Of a stretch of DNA of 64,000 bases, positions 55,616 to 64,000 are shown piece after piece. The stretch's first letter is position 1. Every line of letters starts with the position of its first letter. Origin of the DNA: a phage; NCBI GenBank assembly GCA_028130375.1, contig GCA_028130375.1_3658.1. One strand, given 5' to 3'. The position numbers and the translations under genes are program-made. The notes below the pieces were generated by a model. That model had not been told where the DNA came from, ran no database searches, and worked only from the letters and a program-made list of their open reading frames with translations.

Positions 55616-56396
55616 ACCTGGTCTCCAAAATGTATTGTAGTTCTTTCTTGCCTATACTCTTCATTCCAGCAGTCTTACCTGCTTCTTCTTGAAAAGAAGA
55701 ATAGCATTCAGCAAACACTCTGTCAACACCGTTAACTAAAGATTTTATGAAATATGTTGATTCTTCAGATTTTGGGTCATCATCCCCCAATACTTTTCCA
55801 GCATTATACCCAACACGTCTTACACAGAAGTCGTAGTCATCTGGTGTGCTAAAAGAAAATAACTTATTCTCTCCAATCTCTACAGGATCCCTATTGCACG
55901 CCTTTTTCTCCCAAATTTGGAAAACACATGGCACGTCATAAGGTTTGCCATTAAGTAAAAACGAATTCTTAGGGCACCTTTCGCTGTAGACAAGGTGCAT
56001 CGACATGTCCAGTTTGTTTGCAAAAAATATTTTTTCAAATGTCCGTGGCAAGATGAAGGCTATAGCCCCTCCAAGCTCTAGCAATGATGCACAATGGTTA
56101 AAGAATTTGCAAGCTAAGGATGAATTCTTGCCAAATGGTGGGTTACCTATGAAGACATCTGCCTTGGGATGCACCTCCAAGAAGTTTGCCTGAATGCACG
56201 GTGTTGGTCCTTCAAATTCAGGATCTGGTACTAAATCGTACGACAGTATCTCTGAAAATAGTTTTGAAAAAGAACCCCTTCCAGCAGAAGGCTCAACGTA
56301 TGCACAATTCCCATACTTATCTTTTACTTTACCAACAAGATATTCTGCATACTCAGGGTTTGTGTAGTATTTGTCGTTGGACTCTTTCTTGCTCAA
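55578..56396 (-). CDS. DNA N6-adenine methyltransferase, gamma-class (motif I then NPPF)
   Basis: ..YVEPSAGRGSF.. (motif I) then ..FIGNPPFGKN.. (motif IV); no in-frame ATG near the 5' end, TTG at 56396 behind GGAGG proposed. Confidence 0.6.
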   Translation of the reverse strand: MSKKESNDKYYTNPEYAEYLVGKVKDKYGNCAYVEPSAGRGSFSKLFSEILSYDLVPDPEFEGPTPCIQANFLEVHPKADVFIGNPPFGKNSSLACKFFNHCASLLELGGAIAFILPRTFEKIFFANKLDMSMHLVYSERCPKNSFLLNGKPYDVPCVFQIWEKKACNRDPVEIGENKLFSFSTPDDYDFCVRRVGYNAGKVLGDDDPKSEESTYFIKSLVNGVDRVFAECYSSFQEEAGKTAGMKSIGKKELQYILETRYDQKHRLDQRTY

Positions 56397-56409
56397 AGTG
56401 CCTCCAAAA

Positions 56410-56433
56410 GGAAAAGGGAGGCGCAAGCCTCCC
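56410..56433 (-). terminator. intrinsic terminator (minus strand; GGGAGGC-loop-GCCTCCC)
   Basis: Hairpin 56416-56433 with T-tract on the minus strand, after the exonuclease gene. Confidence 0.5.
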
Positions 56434-56441
56434 TATAATTG

Positions 56442-57425
56442 TTAGATTATCTGAATCAGGGTATTTTTCATTTCTTCTCTGGTGCGGATGTTGTTACGGT
56501 CACGAACAACAGATCCACAACCTTCGCAGCGATATGTTTTAAATGCACTCAGTTGAGTATACGCCAAAGCTTCTTCCTCGTGAAGGTGTTCTCCACCACA
56601 GCGTGGGCAACGAACTTTTGGCTCCTCATCCTGGTAGTACAATGACATGTTGGGGTGCTGCTTAGCAAACGGGCGAGCCAGCAAATACAGGCCTTCCAGA
56701 GATAGGATATCGCCAACATTGTACTCCCGCATCTGTTTAAACGCCTCAAGATCACCGTGAACACACTTGATCCACATTTCAAATGTGTGGTCAATCAGTT
56801 TCTGTCGGGCAAGTTGGAAGTATTTGCATGCATACTCCAAAGTGTTTGCATTCAAACGGAATGCCTTCTTGATCATTTTAAGGGTGTCAACCTCTTTGTA
56901 GGGGCTTGTTGGAGGCAATCCGTGAAATGCAAATCGTTGGTTGGCCCACCCACAGTCAAAACCTGAATTGTGGGCTACTGCGACATCACATTTATCCAGA
57001 TAATACCACAAATCCTGAATCAATTCGAGATCATTGTGAATATCCTCATCCCACATTTTGTAATCAGGAAGAGCGCAGTCAACCACACTAGGACTGTCTA
57101 ACCACTTACCTGCGAAAGTTAGCATGTAGGGCATAATTTCAATACCGCAGGTTTGAATGTTGGTCTTATAGTGCCCAAAGAACCAGCCGTTTGTTGGAGA
57201 TGTCTCTGTATCATACACCCAAACTTTAGCACCTTTGTGCTCTTCAAGGAAGCGCTCCGTTGCTTCTCCTACAATCTCTGACATATTCTCTTGTGCACGT
57301 TTAAGCTGTAGTCGGATCCAGCTCTCACGTGACTCACGGCCTAAAAATTCACGAGCAATTTGTCTATTAGTGTATCCCTGTTGCTTTAGTGTTAAAATTT
57401 GCTCAAGAGTTAACTTTGTCATCAT
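56442..57425 (-). CDS. DEDD-family 3'-5' exonuclease with N-terminal HTH-like region and C-terminal zinc ribbon
   Basis: 327 aa; Exo I ..VWVYDTETSP.., Exo II ..VAHNSGFDCGW..; ..CPRCGG..CEGCG.. Confidence 0.6.
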   Translation of the reverse strand: MMTKLTLEQILTLKQQGYTNRQIAREFLGRESRESWIRLQLKRAQENMSEIVGEATERFLEEHKGAKVWVYDTETSPTNGWFFGHYKTNIQTCGIEIMPYMLTFAGKWLDSPSVVDCALPDYKMWDEDIHNDLELIQDLWYYLDKCDVAVAHNSGFDCGWANQRFAFHGLPPTSPYKEVDTLKMIKKAFRLNANTLEYACKYFQLARQKLIDHTFEMWIKCVHGDLEAFKQMREYNVGDILSLEGLYLLARPFAKQHPNMSLYYQDEEPKVRCPRCGGEHLHEEEALAYTQLSAFKTYRCEGCGSVVRDRNNIRTREEMKNTLIQII

Positions 57426-57437
57426 CGTTAAGATTCC

Positions 57438-57659
57438 TTAGTAAAACTGAAGAATGTCTTTTAAAGCGAAGTCACGATATTCGCCCTTGTCTACATCGAA
57501 GGCACGCATCAACCACTGCTCTTCTTTATGATACTCTGTAGAGCCAAACCATAAATTAGGCTCAGTAACGCAGCGATCTGCAACAACACCTTTCCAGTTA
57601 CGGTATTTCATCCTGATCAGGACTGAGTCGCAAGGATTGAATACCTTTTTCATCCCCAT
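57438..57659 (-). CDS. hypothetical protein
   Basis: 73 aa; RBS GAGGAG; overlaps the 3' end of the HNH gene. Confidence 0.4.
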   Translation of the reverse strand: MGMKKVFNPCDSVLIRMKYRNWKGVVADRCVTEPNLWFGSTEYHKEEQWLMRAFDVDKGEYRDFALKDILQFY

Positions 57660-58203
57660 AGAAATCTCTCTCCTCAGTTTTCTTTATAAACTCCTGCATG
57701 TAGAACTCAATAGCCTCATGCTTGGTGCACTCTGGATTAATGACAAGATTGAGATCTGATTCTGCTCGTGCAATGATCGTAGCTTTAGAGCATCTCCTCA
57801 AGAACTTTGTCATATCATCTCTGTAGTTTTTGTGGAGCGGGAAGTCGCTGTAGTCTTTCTCCAAATAGTCAGCCATCCGGCGCAACGCCTCTGATAAACT
57901 GCAATCTGTATACTCGTTACAGTATTTCATCCAGTATTTAAGCACATACCCCTCAAAGGTATTAGTGCATTGTGACAAAACACCCCTGCAACGACCAGTC
58001 AGATGGTCATGATCCAAACAAGGCTTACGAAGTGGCTCGCACAAGATCGGATCAAGACCATCCTGCTCCTCTGACAATTCTTTTCGAAAGTTGGCTATGT
58101 CCTTAGAATCTTTTAACCACCCGTTATGAACGGGGGCTTTGACAGCTTTCTTTCTTATTTTACGCTTTGCGATAATCCCTCCAGATGCGCCCTGCCTATC
58201 CAA
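57598..58203 (-). CDS. HNH endonuclease
   Basis: 201 aa; ..CLDHDHLTGRCRGVLSQCTN.. classic HNH core. Confidence 0.7.
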   Translation of the reverse strand: MDRQGASGGIIAKRKIRKKAVKAPVHNGWLKDSKDIANFRKELSEEQDGLDPILCEPLRKPCLDHDHLTGRCRGVLSQCTNTFEGYVLKYWMKYCNEYTDCSLSEALRRMADYLEKDYSDFPLHKNYRDDMTKFLRRCSKATIIARAESDLNLVINPECTKHEAIEFYMQEFIKKTEERDFYGDEKGIQSLRLSPDQDEIP

Positions 58204-58784
58204 TAAGCATCTGCGAGATCGGCCTTACCTTGTACCAAATTGATCCCATCTAGGAACCCAGGTTCAGATACTTCGCAGGCCTTAACCATCAACTTTTTAT
58301 CCATCGTAACAGGTTTCTTCACAGTATGCTCTTTACCTGTCTTTTTGTCAAGCTTTTTCTTCTCCTCGAAAGCAAGTTCCTCAGGAAGATGACCACGAGC
58401 AAACTTTTTGGCAGTTGTTGGTGTCACTGTGTGGACCTTAAACAGGCCGTCATTTTCACAATCAGCTAAGGCATCCCAAAGCATAACTTCAAGACCGTAA
58501 AACAACCCAGCCAGTTCACGTGTGGCATCCCCGCGTGATCCAAAGGAAAGCCCTTCCATAACTACAGTGTCAACGCCGTGCGTGTGGATATAATATCTGA
58601 CCTGTTTGCAGATCCAGTCAATACGCTCAGCAGCTGTTGCAAAAGAAACCGTCCCTGGTTTCTTCTCTTTTGCAGATGAGCTTTGAGTTCGTAACACAAC
58701 CTTATGAACAGGCTTTCCATCGTCCCATACAACGCAAGCTGTGTGTGTCAACGACTGGTCTATGGATAATAGACGCTCTCTCAT
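58155..58784 (-). CDS. RuvC-like Holliday junction resolvase (RNase H fold)
   Basis: 209 aa; ..LLSIDQSLTHTACVV.. (N-terminal Asp), ..VVMEGLSF.. (Glu), ..GKADLADAYWIG.. resembles RuvC DAADALA motif. Confidence 0.5.
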   Translation of the reverse strand: MRERLLSIDQSLTHTACVVWDDGKPVHKVVLRTQSSSAKEKKPGTVSFATAAERIDWICKQVRYYIHTHGVDTVVMEGLSFGSRGDATRELAGLFYGLEVMLWDALADCENDGLFKVHTVTPTTAKKFARGHLPEELAFEEKKKLDKKTGKEHTVKKPVTMDKKLMVKACEVSEPGFLDGINLVQGKADLADAYWIGRAHLEGLSQSVK

Positions 58785-59116
58785 GCTTCCTCATCCTCCT
58801 CTCCTTCATCAGGAGCATAAGCCTTATCTTTGAACAATACGAGAGAGCAAAGCTTAACATCTGTTTCCACACTGGTGAACATGCATAACCGCTCGCCCTC
58901 AATCAGCTCACAATCCTCTTTTAAAACAGCAGACCATACACGGTCATCTGCGTAATCATCCGTGTACAGGATGTATGAAATGGTGTCATCTTCATACAAC
59001 CGCCACATACCTGTGGCAACAACGAATGTATTTTTTGTTTTAAGTGTCCCTGTTGTGTGATCATCCTCAAAAACAGCTTCCATAATTGCGTTATCTACAG
59101 AATTTTTAGTCATCAA
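58781..59116 (-). CDS. hypothetical protein
   Basis: 111 aa ORF. Confidence 0.5.
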   Translation of the reverse strand: MMTKNSVDNAIMEAVFEDDHTTGTLKTKNTFVVATGMWRLYEDDTISYILYTDDYADDRVWSAVLKEDCELIEGERLCMFTSVETDVKLCSLVLFKDKAYAPDEGEEDEEA

Positions 59117-60252
59117 ATTGCTCCAACATTTCTAAGAACGTTAACAAGTTTTGTTTGATCATTGAATGTTCGCTTCATATACAAACAGTCAAAAATTATA
59201 CTCATCCATTGACCTACGGAGATTCTACGATCAATACCATTGAAGTCAGTATACTTAACAACACCTTTCGGGAACCACTTCTTGTACTGATCAATAATAG
59301 CCACCCACATCTCCTTTGGAGTGCTGCACTGAGACAGTAGGTAGAATGCTGAGGCATCTCCGAACTTACCCTTACCGATAAGTCCTTGATACGGCTTGAT
59401 GTTGTCAGCAGAGTCACCACACAGCATTTGGTATCCGAAGAACAGCATTCCGTAACCACCAACCTCTCCATTAGGCTTCATGAAGATGTTCCCCATACCG
59501 TTATCGATCAGCATAGGGGTTTCCCTTACAAAATCTCCCTTATCGTTTCGCATGGGATCGAACACAAGCCCCGGTAGTGTTCTTTGGTCCTTATCAATAG
59601 AGATAATAAACTTGTTGAACTTACCTGTTTTTTGGTAGTGGTTCCAACCTTCAAATTGCTGGATAGCTAACCAGTCATCAGCCTCGATACCGTTGATCAC
59701 TTGAGCATTATACTGCTTTTGGAGATACTGTCTTGCATCTCCAAGCAGCAGTGGTCGAAGAGTATTGTTACGGTTGGCTTTGTATCTTTCCGGCATTGGA
59801 AGATCTAGTCTGAAGTTACCTGTGCCTCCCAACACCCCGACACATCGCTCTTCCGGAATACCAAGATAGTTAAGAACTGCATTTGCCTTACATTTTATTG
59901 TGTGCAAGCAGTTCTCTACAGGGTCAGGTGTTTGGATATCCAAGACATCAAAATCTTCACGTGTCCACGGAATAAACTCCTTACCAGACTTTTTACATGC
60001 GGCTTCACGGTTGGTATTCTCAGCTTTTAGCCAACCACCAACGGTGTTCTTCTGCCGCCCCCAGAACTCTGTTCGTGTTTTAAACATCTTCTTACGTCCG
60101 GAGGCTTTGTGTGTTACCTCAATTGTCCTTTTTTCACAACTTGCTGCAGCTTGATATGCAACCTGATCGAAGTCATAATAAACTATAGCGTCAGGTTCAA
60201 GAAGATCAGCCAGACAATCTATGGACTCAATAAGTGGATATTCTCTACTCAA
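59113..60252 (-). CDS. 5'-3' exonuclease / flap endonuclease (T7 gp6 / T4 RNase H family)
   Basis: 379 aa; ..VINGIEADDWLAIQ.. matches the G(Y/I)EADD signature of 5' nucleases. Confidence 0.72.
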   Translation of the reverse strand: MSREYPLIESIDCLADLLEPDAIVYYDFDQVAYQAAASCEKRTIEVTHKASGRKKMFKTRTEFWGRQKNTVGGWLKAENTNREAACKKSGKEFIPWTREDFDVLDIQTPDPVENCLHTIKCKANAVLNYLGIPEERCVGVLGGTGNFRLDLPMPERYKANRNNTLRPLLLGDARQYLQKQYNAQVINGIEADDWLAIQQFEGWNHYQKTGKFNKFIISIDKDQRTLPGLVFDPMRNDKGDFVRETPMLIDNGMGNIFMKPNGEVGGYGMLFFGYQMLCGDSADNIKPYQGLIGKGKFGDASAFYLLSQCSTPKEMWVAIIDQYKKWFPKGVVKYTDFNGIDRRISVGQWMSIIFDCLYMKRTFNDQTKLVNVLRNVGAI

Positions 60253-60553
60253 AGACCCTCCTGTTAGTTATTCTGCAAGATGGTTGGATGCTATAATGGA
60301 ATGCATCATCACTCTCTGCAATAAGTGACTCAACATCCCAATACTTTTCAAAAAGGAACGGATTAGACCCCCAGTGGTGGGTTATTTTCATCAAGGAGTC
60401 TGGTATCATATAACCACAGATCTTAATTACATCGCCAGGTTGAATTGTGTTTTCATGAAGGTTGCTTGCCTTCTTCAGAATCATACCTTTATGATTCTCG
60501 TTTGCATACAACTGGACAATATCTTTATCTTCAACAATAAAAATTTTAAGCAT
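60245..60553 (-). CDS. hypothetical protein
   Basis: 102 aa; RBS AGGAGA. Confidence 0.5.
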   Translation of the reverse strand: MLKIFIVEDKDIVQLYANENHKGMILKKASNLHENTIQPGDVIKICGYMIPDSLMKITHHWGSNPFLFEKYWDVESLIAESDDAFHYSIQPSCRITNRRVFE

Positions 60554-60586
60554 ACCTAGTTCTCCTAGTTTATAGATATCTGACCG

Positions 60587-60616
60587 ATAATATCAGATTA
60601 ATAACACTTTTGTCAA
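60587..60616 (-). promoter_or_regulatory. sigma70-like promoter on minus strand (TTGACA, 17-18 nt spacer, TATTAT-like -10)
   Basis: TGTCAA at 60611-60616 on the plus strand. Confidence 0.45.
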
Positions 60617-60906
60617 GACTTTTTAGTCTTTCTTGGAGAGCTTTTTGTTGATCTTTTCCTTTTGTGGTAGATTCCAAGTGCAGCGTTTTCTTGGGCGCAC
60701 GTTTTAACAGTTCTCAGACAAGAGCTTTCAGCTTTAGGCAGGTTTAACTCCCACCAACCAAGCCAGTAAAGTTCTGATTCAGACAACTGCTCAGATTCAG
60801 CCTTCCGATACAAGGCTTGCATACCCCTGATGATATCGTCCAGAGGTGTATCGAATACAAAAGCTGTCTTATCGAATTTCTCTTTTACAGATCTCTTAGC
60901 CATCAA
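60613..60906 (-). CDS. hypothetical basic protein
   Basis: 97 aa ORF. Confidence 0.45.
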   Translation of the reverse strand: MMAKRSVKEKFDKTAFVFDTPLDDIIRGMQALYRKAESEQLSESELYWLGWWELNLPKAESSCLRTVKTCAQENAALGIYHKRKRSTKSSPRKTKKS

Positions 60907-61360
60907 GGTAACCCTCTATCCACGAAAAGTCAGTCTTCCATTCTGGAACTTTACTAAGCTCGCGCCACTCTGCAAAGCAGTCTCGGTAATACGCCTCTGC
61001 CATACCTCTGGTGATCTTATTCACCTTAGCCAACTGATTAACTGCCTGAGCATACTTTCCACGGATATTTGCTAATCCAGGATGTACCGATGTGTGACAA
61101 TCTGGGCACAACGCTATCAGTCCGACAAGCCGGATCACTCCCTCTTCGAAAGTGTAAAGTTCATGACACTCCACTGGATGTTTGCTGCCTTTACCGCCGC
61201 ACACCTCGCAAGTGTAGTTTGCCTCTCTGTAGCACTTCTTACGGATCTTATCCCACTCACTCTTCTTCACAGCGTTTCGGAGGTTATTATACCAAGCTGT
61301 TTCTGGGATCAGTTGCACAATAAGCCTGCGTTCAGACCTCATTAAACGTCCGTCTTCCAC
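60896..61360 (-). CDS. putative HNH-like zinc-finger nuclease
   Basis: 154 aa; ..CEVCGG..HPVECHELY..CPDCHTSVH.. (CxxC..H..CxxC H pattern). Confidence 0.4.
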   Translation of the reverse strand: MEDGRLMRSERRLIVQLIPETAWYNNLRNAVKKSEWDKIRKKCYREANYTCEVCGGKGSKHPVECHELYTFEEGVIRLVGLIALCPDCHTSVHPGLANIRGKYAQAVNQLAKVNKITRGMAEAYYRDCFAEWRELSKVPEWKTDFSWIEGYLDG

Positions 61361-61369
61361 GTATCCCCC

Positions 61370-61576
61370 TTATTCAAAGAAATGGGTGCGAGGGCAGGAA
61401 CCTGCCTCGCCTTGTTTCACAAGCTCGTAGAGCTCACCTTGGCTTGTCTCATAAAGGCAAATACGTTTACCATTGTCCCGATACACATCGACAAGATACG
61501 CTGTTTCACCTGCAAACACGACACCACAGGCCAGACATGCTGCCATGAACAAAATTGCCAACAGAAAATCTTTCAT
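61370..61576 (-). CDS. small secreted protein (signal peptide), possibly lysis-associated
   Basis: ATG 61576 behind GGAGTG; MKDFLLAILFMAACLACGVVFAG.. hydrophobic N-terminus; next to endolysin. Confidence 0.45.
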   Translation of the reverse strand: MKDFLLAILFMAACLACGVVFAGETAYLVDVYRDNGKRICLYETSQGELYELVKQGEAGSCPRTHFFE

Positions 61577-61607
61577 GGTTAAACACTCCATAACATTTTA
61601 TGAGGTA

Positions 61608-61636
61608 ACAATACCACGTCCGTGTGGTTATGTCAA
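61608..61636 (-). promoter_or_regulatory. sigma70-like promoter on minus strand (TTGACA-17-TATTGT)
   Basis: TGTCAA at 61631-61636 on the plus strand. Confidence 0.45.
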
Positions 61637-61639
61637 TGA

Positions 61640-62110
61640 TCAATCCAGGACAATGCCGCCTGCCTTTTTAAACACATCGATCAACTTCTCGATCTTCTGT
61701 TCATGCTGACCATATCCAGCGCCGGGTAACGAAGCCCAGCGGGAACGGCATTTGCGGATAGCTTCGTGGATACGCCCTTCGTCAATGTCGGCGAGAGCCT
61801 TGCACTCACGGATCAGTTGCAACGCAATCTTGTCCTGACTGGCAGGGCCAAAATCTGGTAATCCTAACTGTTTCATGTAGTGTTTAGCAAACTTCTCCAA
61901 AACCTGGTAACGACCAGCAGCGGAGGAGGTAAGTTTAGCATTTAGCTTAACGTAAACACCTGGATGCTTGCTGTAATCGCTGAACAGCTTGCCGCCGACT
62001 ATGACATCGTACCCCCGATCCTTGGTAGGTTGTCTACCATTATCTGTTCCTTCCGAATATGCAATCATATCCAAGAAAGCTTTTCGTTGAACATTTTTAT
62101 CAAGTTTCAT
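61640..62110 (-). CDS. endolysin, lambda R-like lytic transglycosylase
   Basis: 156 aa; ..QRKAFLDMIAYSEGTDNGRQPTKDRGYDVIVGG.. and ..RWASLPGAGYGQHEQ.. closely match lambda R (..QRKAFLDMLAWSEGTDNGRQ.., ..IWASLPGAGYGQFEH..). Confidence 0.85.
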   Translation of the reverse strand: MKLDKNVQRKAFLDMIAYSEGTDNGRQPTKDRGYDVIVGGKLFSDYSKHPGVYVKLNAKLTSSAAGRYQVLEKFAKHYMKQLGLPDFGPASQDKIALQLIRECKALADIDEGRIHEAIRKCRSRWASLPGAGYGQHEQKIEKLIDVFKKAGGIVLD

Positions 62111-62234
62111 TTTTCATACTCTCCAGTTTGCTCATAACTAACCCGATCAACAACACTGCATAGTGTGGTTATGTAGGTGCCAATTGAAAAACCATCATTC
62201 AATTGGCTACCGTTACCTACTAAACCATCCTACA

Positions 62235-63518
62235 TCATTCCAGAACCTCCCAAGTATCTGGGTTAACATTTCGGACGCAGATACCGACAGGGAATTGGTA
62301 GTTGTTGTCTTCTGTCCTTGCTTGATATTTGAAGGTGACAAACTTGCCGATCATTTCCTGCATTCTGTCATAGCTACGCTCCTCGTGCGTACCTTTCATC
62401 TTCATTTTAACAACAATACCTTCCTTGTCAACACAGATAAGAACACCTTCATCATTCTTATCTTTCTCAACGTCAATAACTTTCACCTCTGCGTCGTTGA
62501 ACTTTTTCCATTTCAATGCTTCAGATGTTCGCTGACCGTACTCATATTTACCACAGAAGTTACGCATAATGGTACCTTCATATCCTTCGGACATGAATAT
62601 ACCAACAGATTCTTCGCAATGATCAACTGTGTACGCAAGCTCTGCGTCAACAACCTTGATATGGTCAAGCATCAGAGTGGTAACGGTATCCTCTGCATCC
62701 ATAAGATCCTTGCAGCGTCCAGACTCTGTTTCGGGATCCCACCACACCTTGTCGCTAGGAATATCAAAAATGTGATACTCCAGATCGTAGCTACAGTACC
62801 CACCGTAACGCAAATCATCACGAACAGGCTCAACATCGACAGGAATATCTACCTTGTTGAAGTTTTTGTATGTTGATAAGCCGGACTTAATTGCGGCATG
62901 ACGGCGTTTTTTATCTGCCTCATAGTCTTTATCGATCTCGGCCTGAATCTCTTCCTGTGTGCGCCACCGTTTAGCAAGAGACACTATTTTCTGCAAAGGA
63001 AGACCATGAATGTATAGTTCCCCATCAAGTTGTTTAATCCCAGTGGTAGAATGGAAAGAACGAAGTTGCTCTAAAAGCTTTCCTTGAATAGGGTAGGACT
63101 TATTACCACGGGAAATAAATTTAGGCTCACCATTTTGGAAAACAACAAGCAGACGAAGGCCATCTAACTTACGCAAGATCCAGCAAGGTAGTTTAAGTGC
63201 CTTGCCACGCTTCAGGTAGTCATGCACCAGCATGGGTAAAAGATCAACACCCTGCTCGCAATCTTCCATGTTTTCAACATACCCCAGACGGACTTGTTTT
63301 TCCCACTTGCTGATAGCCTCAAGCTCGGCCTGTTGCTCAGCTGTAGTCTCATTGGCACGACCTACGTTCTTAGGTGTGCATACCGTCTCTTTGTACTGCA
63401 ATTTACCGTCAAGCTTGCCAAACTCTACGATAACCTTTTCGCCATCAGTGAATACTTTCCACTGTTGGTAGCTGCCATCTTTGTTCAGTGCGTACAGTGT
63501 TGTTTTGATTTGATGCAT
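62235..63518 (-). CDS. ATP-dependent DNA ligase
   Basis: 427 aa; adenylation motif I K-x-D-G-x-R present as ..RKLDGLRLLV.. Confidence 0.72.
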   Translation of the reverse strand: MHQIKTTLYALNKDGSYQQWKVFTDGEKVIVEFGKLDGKLQYKETVCTPKNVGRANETTAEQQAELEAISKWEKQVRLGYVENMEDCEQGVDLLPMLVHDYLKRGKALKLPCWILRKLDGLRLLVVFQNGEPKFISRGNKSYPIQGKLLEQLRSFHSTTGIKQLDGELYIHGLPLQKIVSLAKRWRTQEEIQAEIDKDYEADKKRRHAAIKSGLSTYKNFNKVDIPVDVEPVRDDLRYGGYCSYDLEYHIFDIPSDKVWWDPETESGRCKDLMDAEDTVTTLMLDHIKVVDAELAYTVDHCEESVGIFMSEGYEGTIMRNFCGKYEYGQRTSEALKWKKFNDAEVKVIDVEKDKNDEGVLICVDKEGIVVKMKMKGTHEERSYDRMQEMIGKFVTFKYQARTEDNNYQFPVGICVRNVNPDTWEVLE

Positions 63519-63787
63519 TACTCGGCCTCTTCCTTAAAAATTTTAAACATCTCTTCTTTACTCATTACCAACCAGTCTCCCATAAAGTCAACTAGCCAAT
63601 CTCCCTGGTACAAGACAAGGTTACCAAAAGGCTCGACAAGCTCACACATGCGACGAAGATCTCTGGTCCGAACAGGTGACGATGCAAACACACCTGTATC
63701 AATCCACCGTTGCAGATCAGATACTGATGAAGAGCTTCCGTCAAACTGGTGGGCTTCTACAGGTTTAGCAAGATTAAATAACGGCAT
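63518..63787 (-). CDS. hypothetical protein
   Basis: 89 aa ORF coupled to ligase. Confidence 0.5.
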   Translation of the reverse strand: MPLFNLAKPVEAHQFDGSSSSVSDLQRWIDTGVFASSPVRTRDLRRMCELVEPFGNLVLYQGDWLVDFMGDWLVMSKEEMFKIFKEEAE

Positions 63788-64000
63788 TGCAGTCCTCCTT
63801 CTGTAGTAGGTCTTTTATAGGATAAACAAGTAAGTGTGGATCGGAATAACGTATAGTCCTATTCTGCCACACTATGAACTTTATTACAACCAAATTTACA
63901 ATATCTTTATCACCATGTAGCCCAACACACACATTTGTCCATATTTTGTGGTTGAAGATCTTGCTATCAATGTAGATTTTAGTGTCAAACTTATCTTCCA

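Noticed and set aside
1-64000. Prophage or integrative element features (integrase, att sites, repressor/Cro switch)
   Set aside because: No tyrosine or serine recombinase motifs and no recognisable repressor pair were seen; the content is that of a lytic phage replication and takeover region.

Overview
This window looks like part of a large virulent dsDNA phage of a Gram-negative (probably enterobacterial) host; I saw no integrase, virion structural genes, tRNAs or CRISPR arrays. It has two convergent arms. The plus-strand arm (1-27.6 kb) carries a beta-class DNA methyltransferase, a compact C5-methyltransferase-like gene, a T7-gp4-like primase-helicase, a family A DNA polymerase, an SSB-like protein ending in the E. 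coli SSB tail DDDIPF, a macro-domain protein, and then about 10 kb of very small genes each behind a sigma70-like promoter. The minus-strand arm (30.2-63.8 kb) carries ATP-dependent DNA ligase, a lambda-R-like endolysin, 5'-3' exonuclease, RuvC-like resolvase, HNH endonucleases, a DEDD exonuclease, two more adenine methyltransferases, dNMP kinase, a HAD nucleotidase, a divergent ThyX-like protein, aerobic and anaerobic ribonucleotide reductases (nrdA, nrdB, glutaredoxin, nrdD, nrdG), PhoH, a ClpP/S49-like protease, a ribosome hibernation factor (HPF) homologue, and tandem arrays of small paralogous genes. The most unusual candidates are the phage-encoded HPF, the divergent ThyX-like protein within a nucleotide-metabolism cluster that may indicate a non-canonical DNA base, the arrays of small paralogues, and two repeat-rich non-coding islands (16.5-17.45 kb and 27.7-30.2 kb). 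All calls rest on motif recognition by eye and the supplied ORF track; no database search was run. Only a subset of the sigma70-like promoters and intrinsic terminators I saw is listed.
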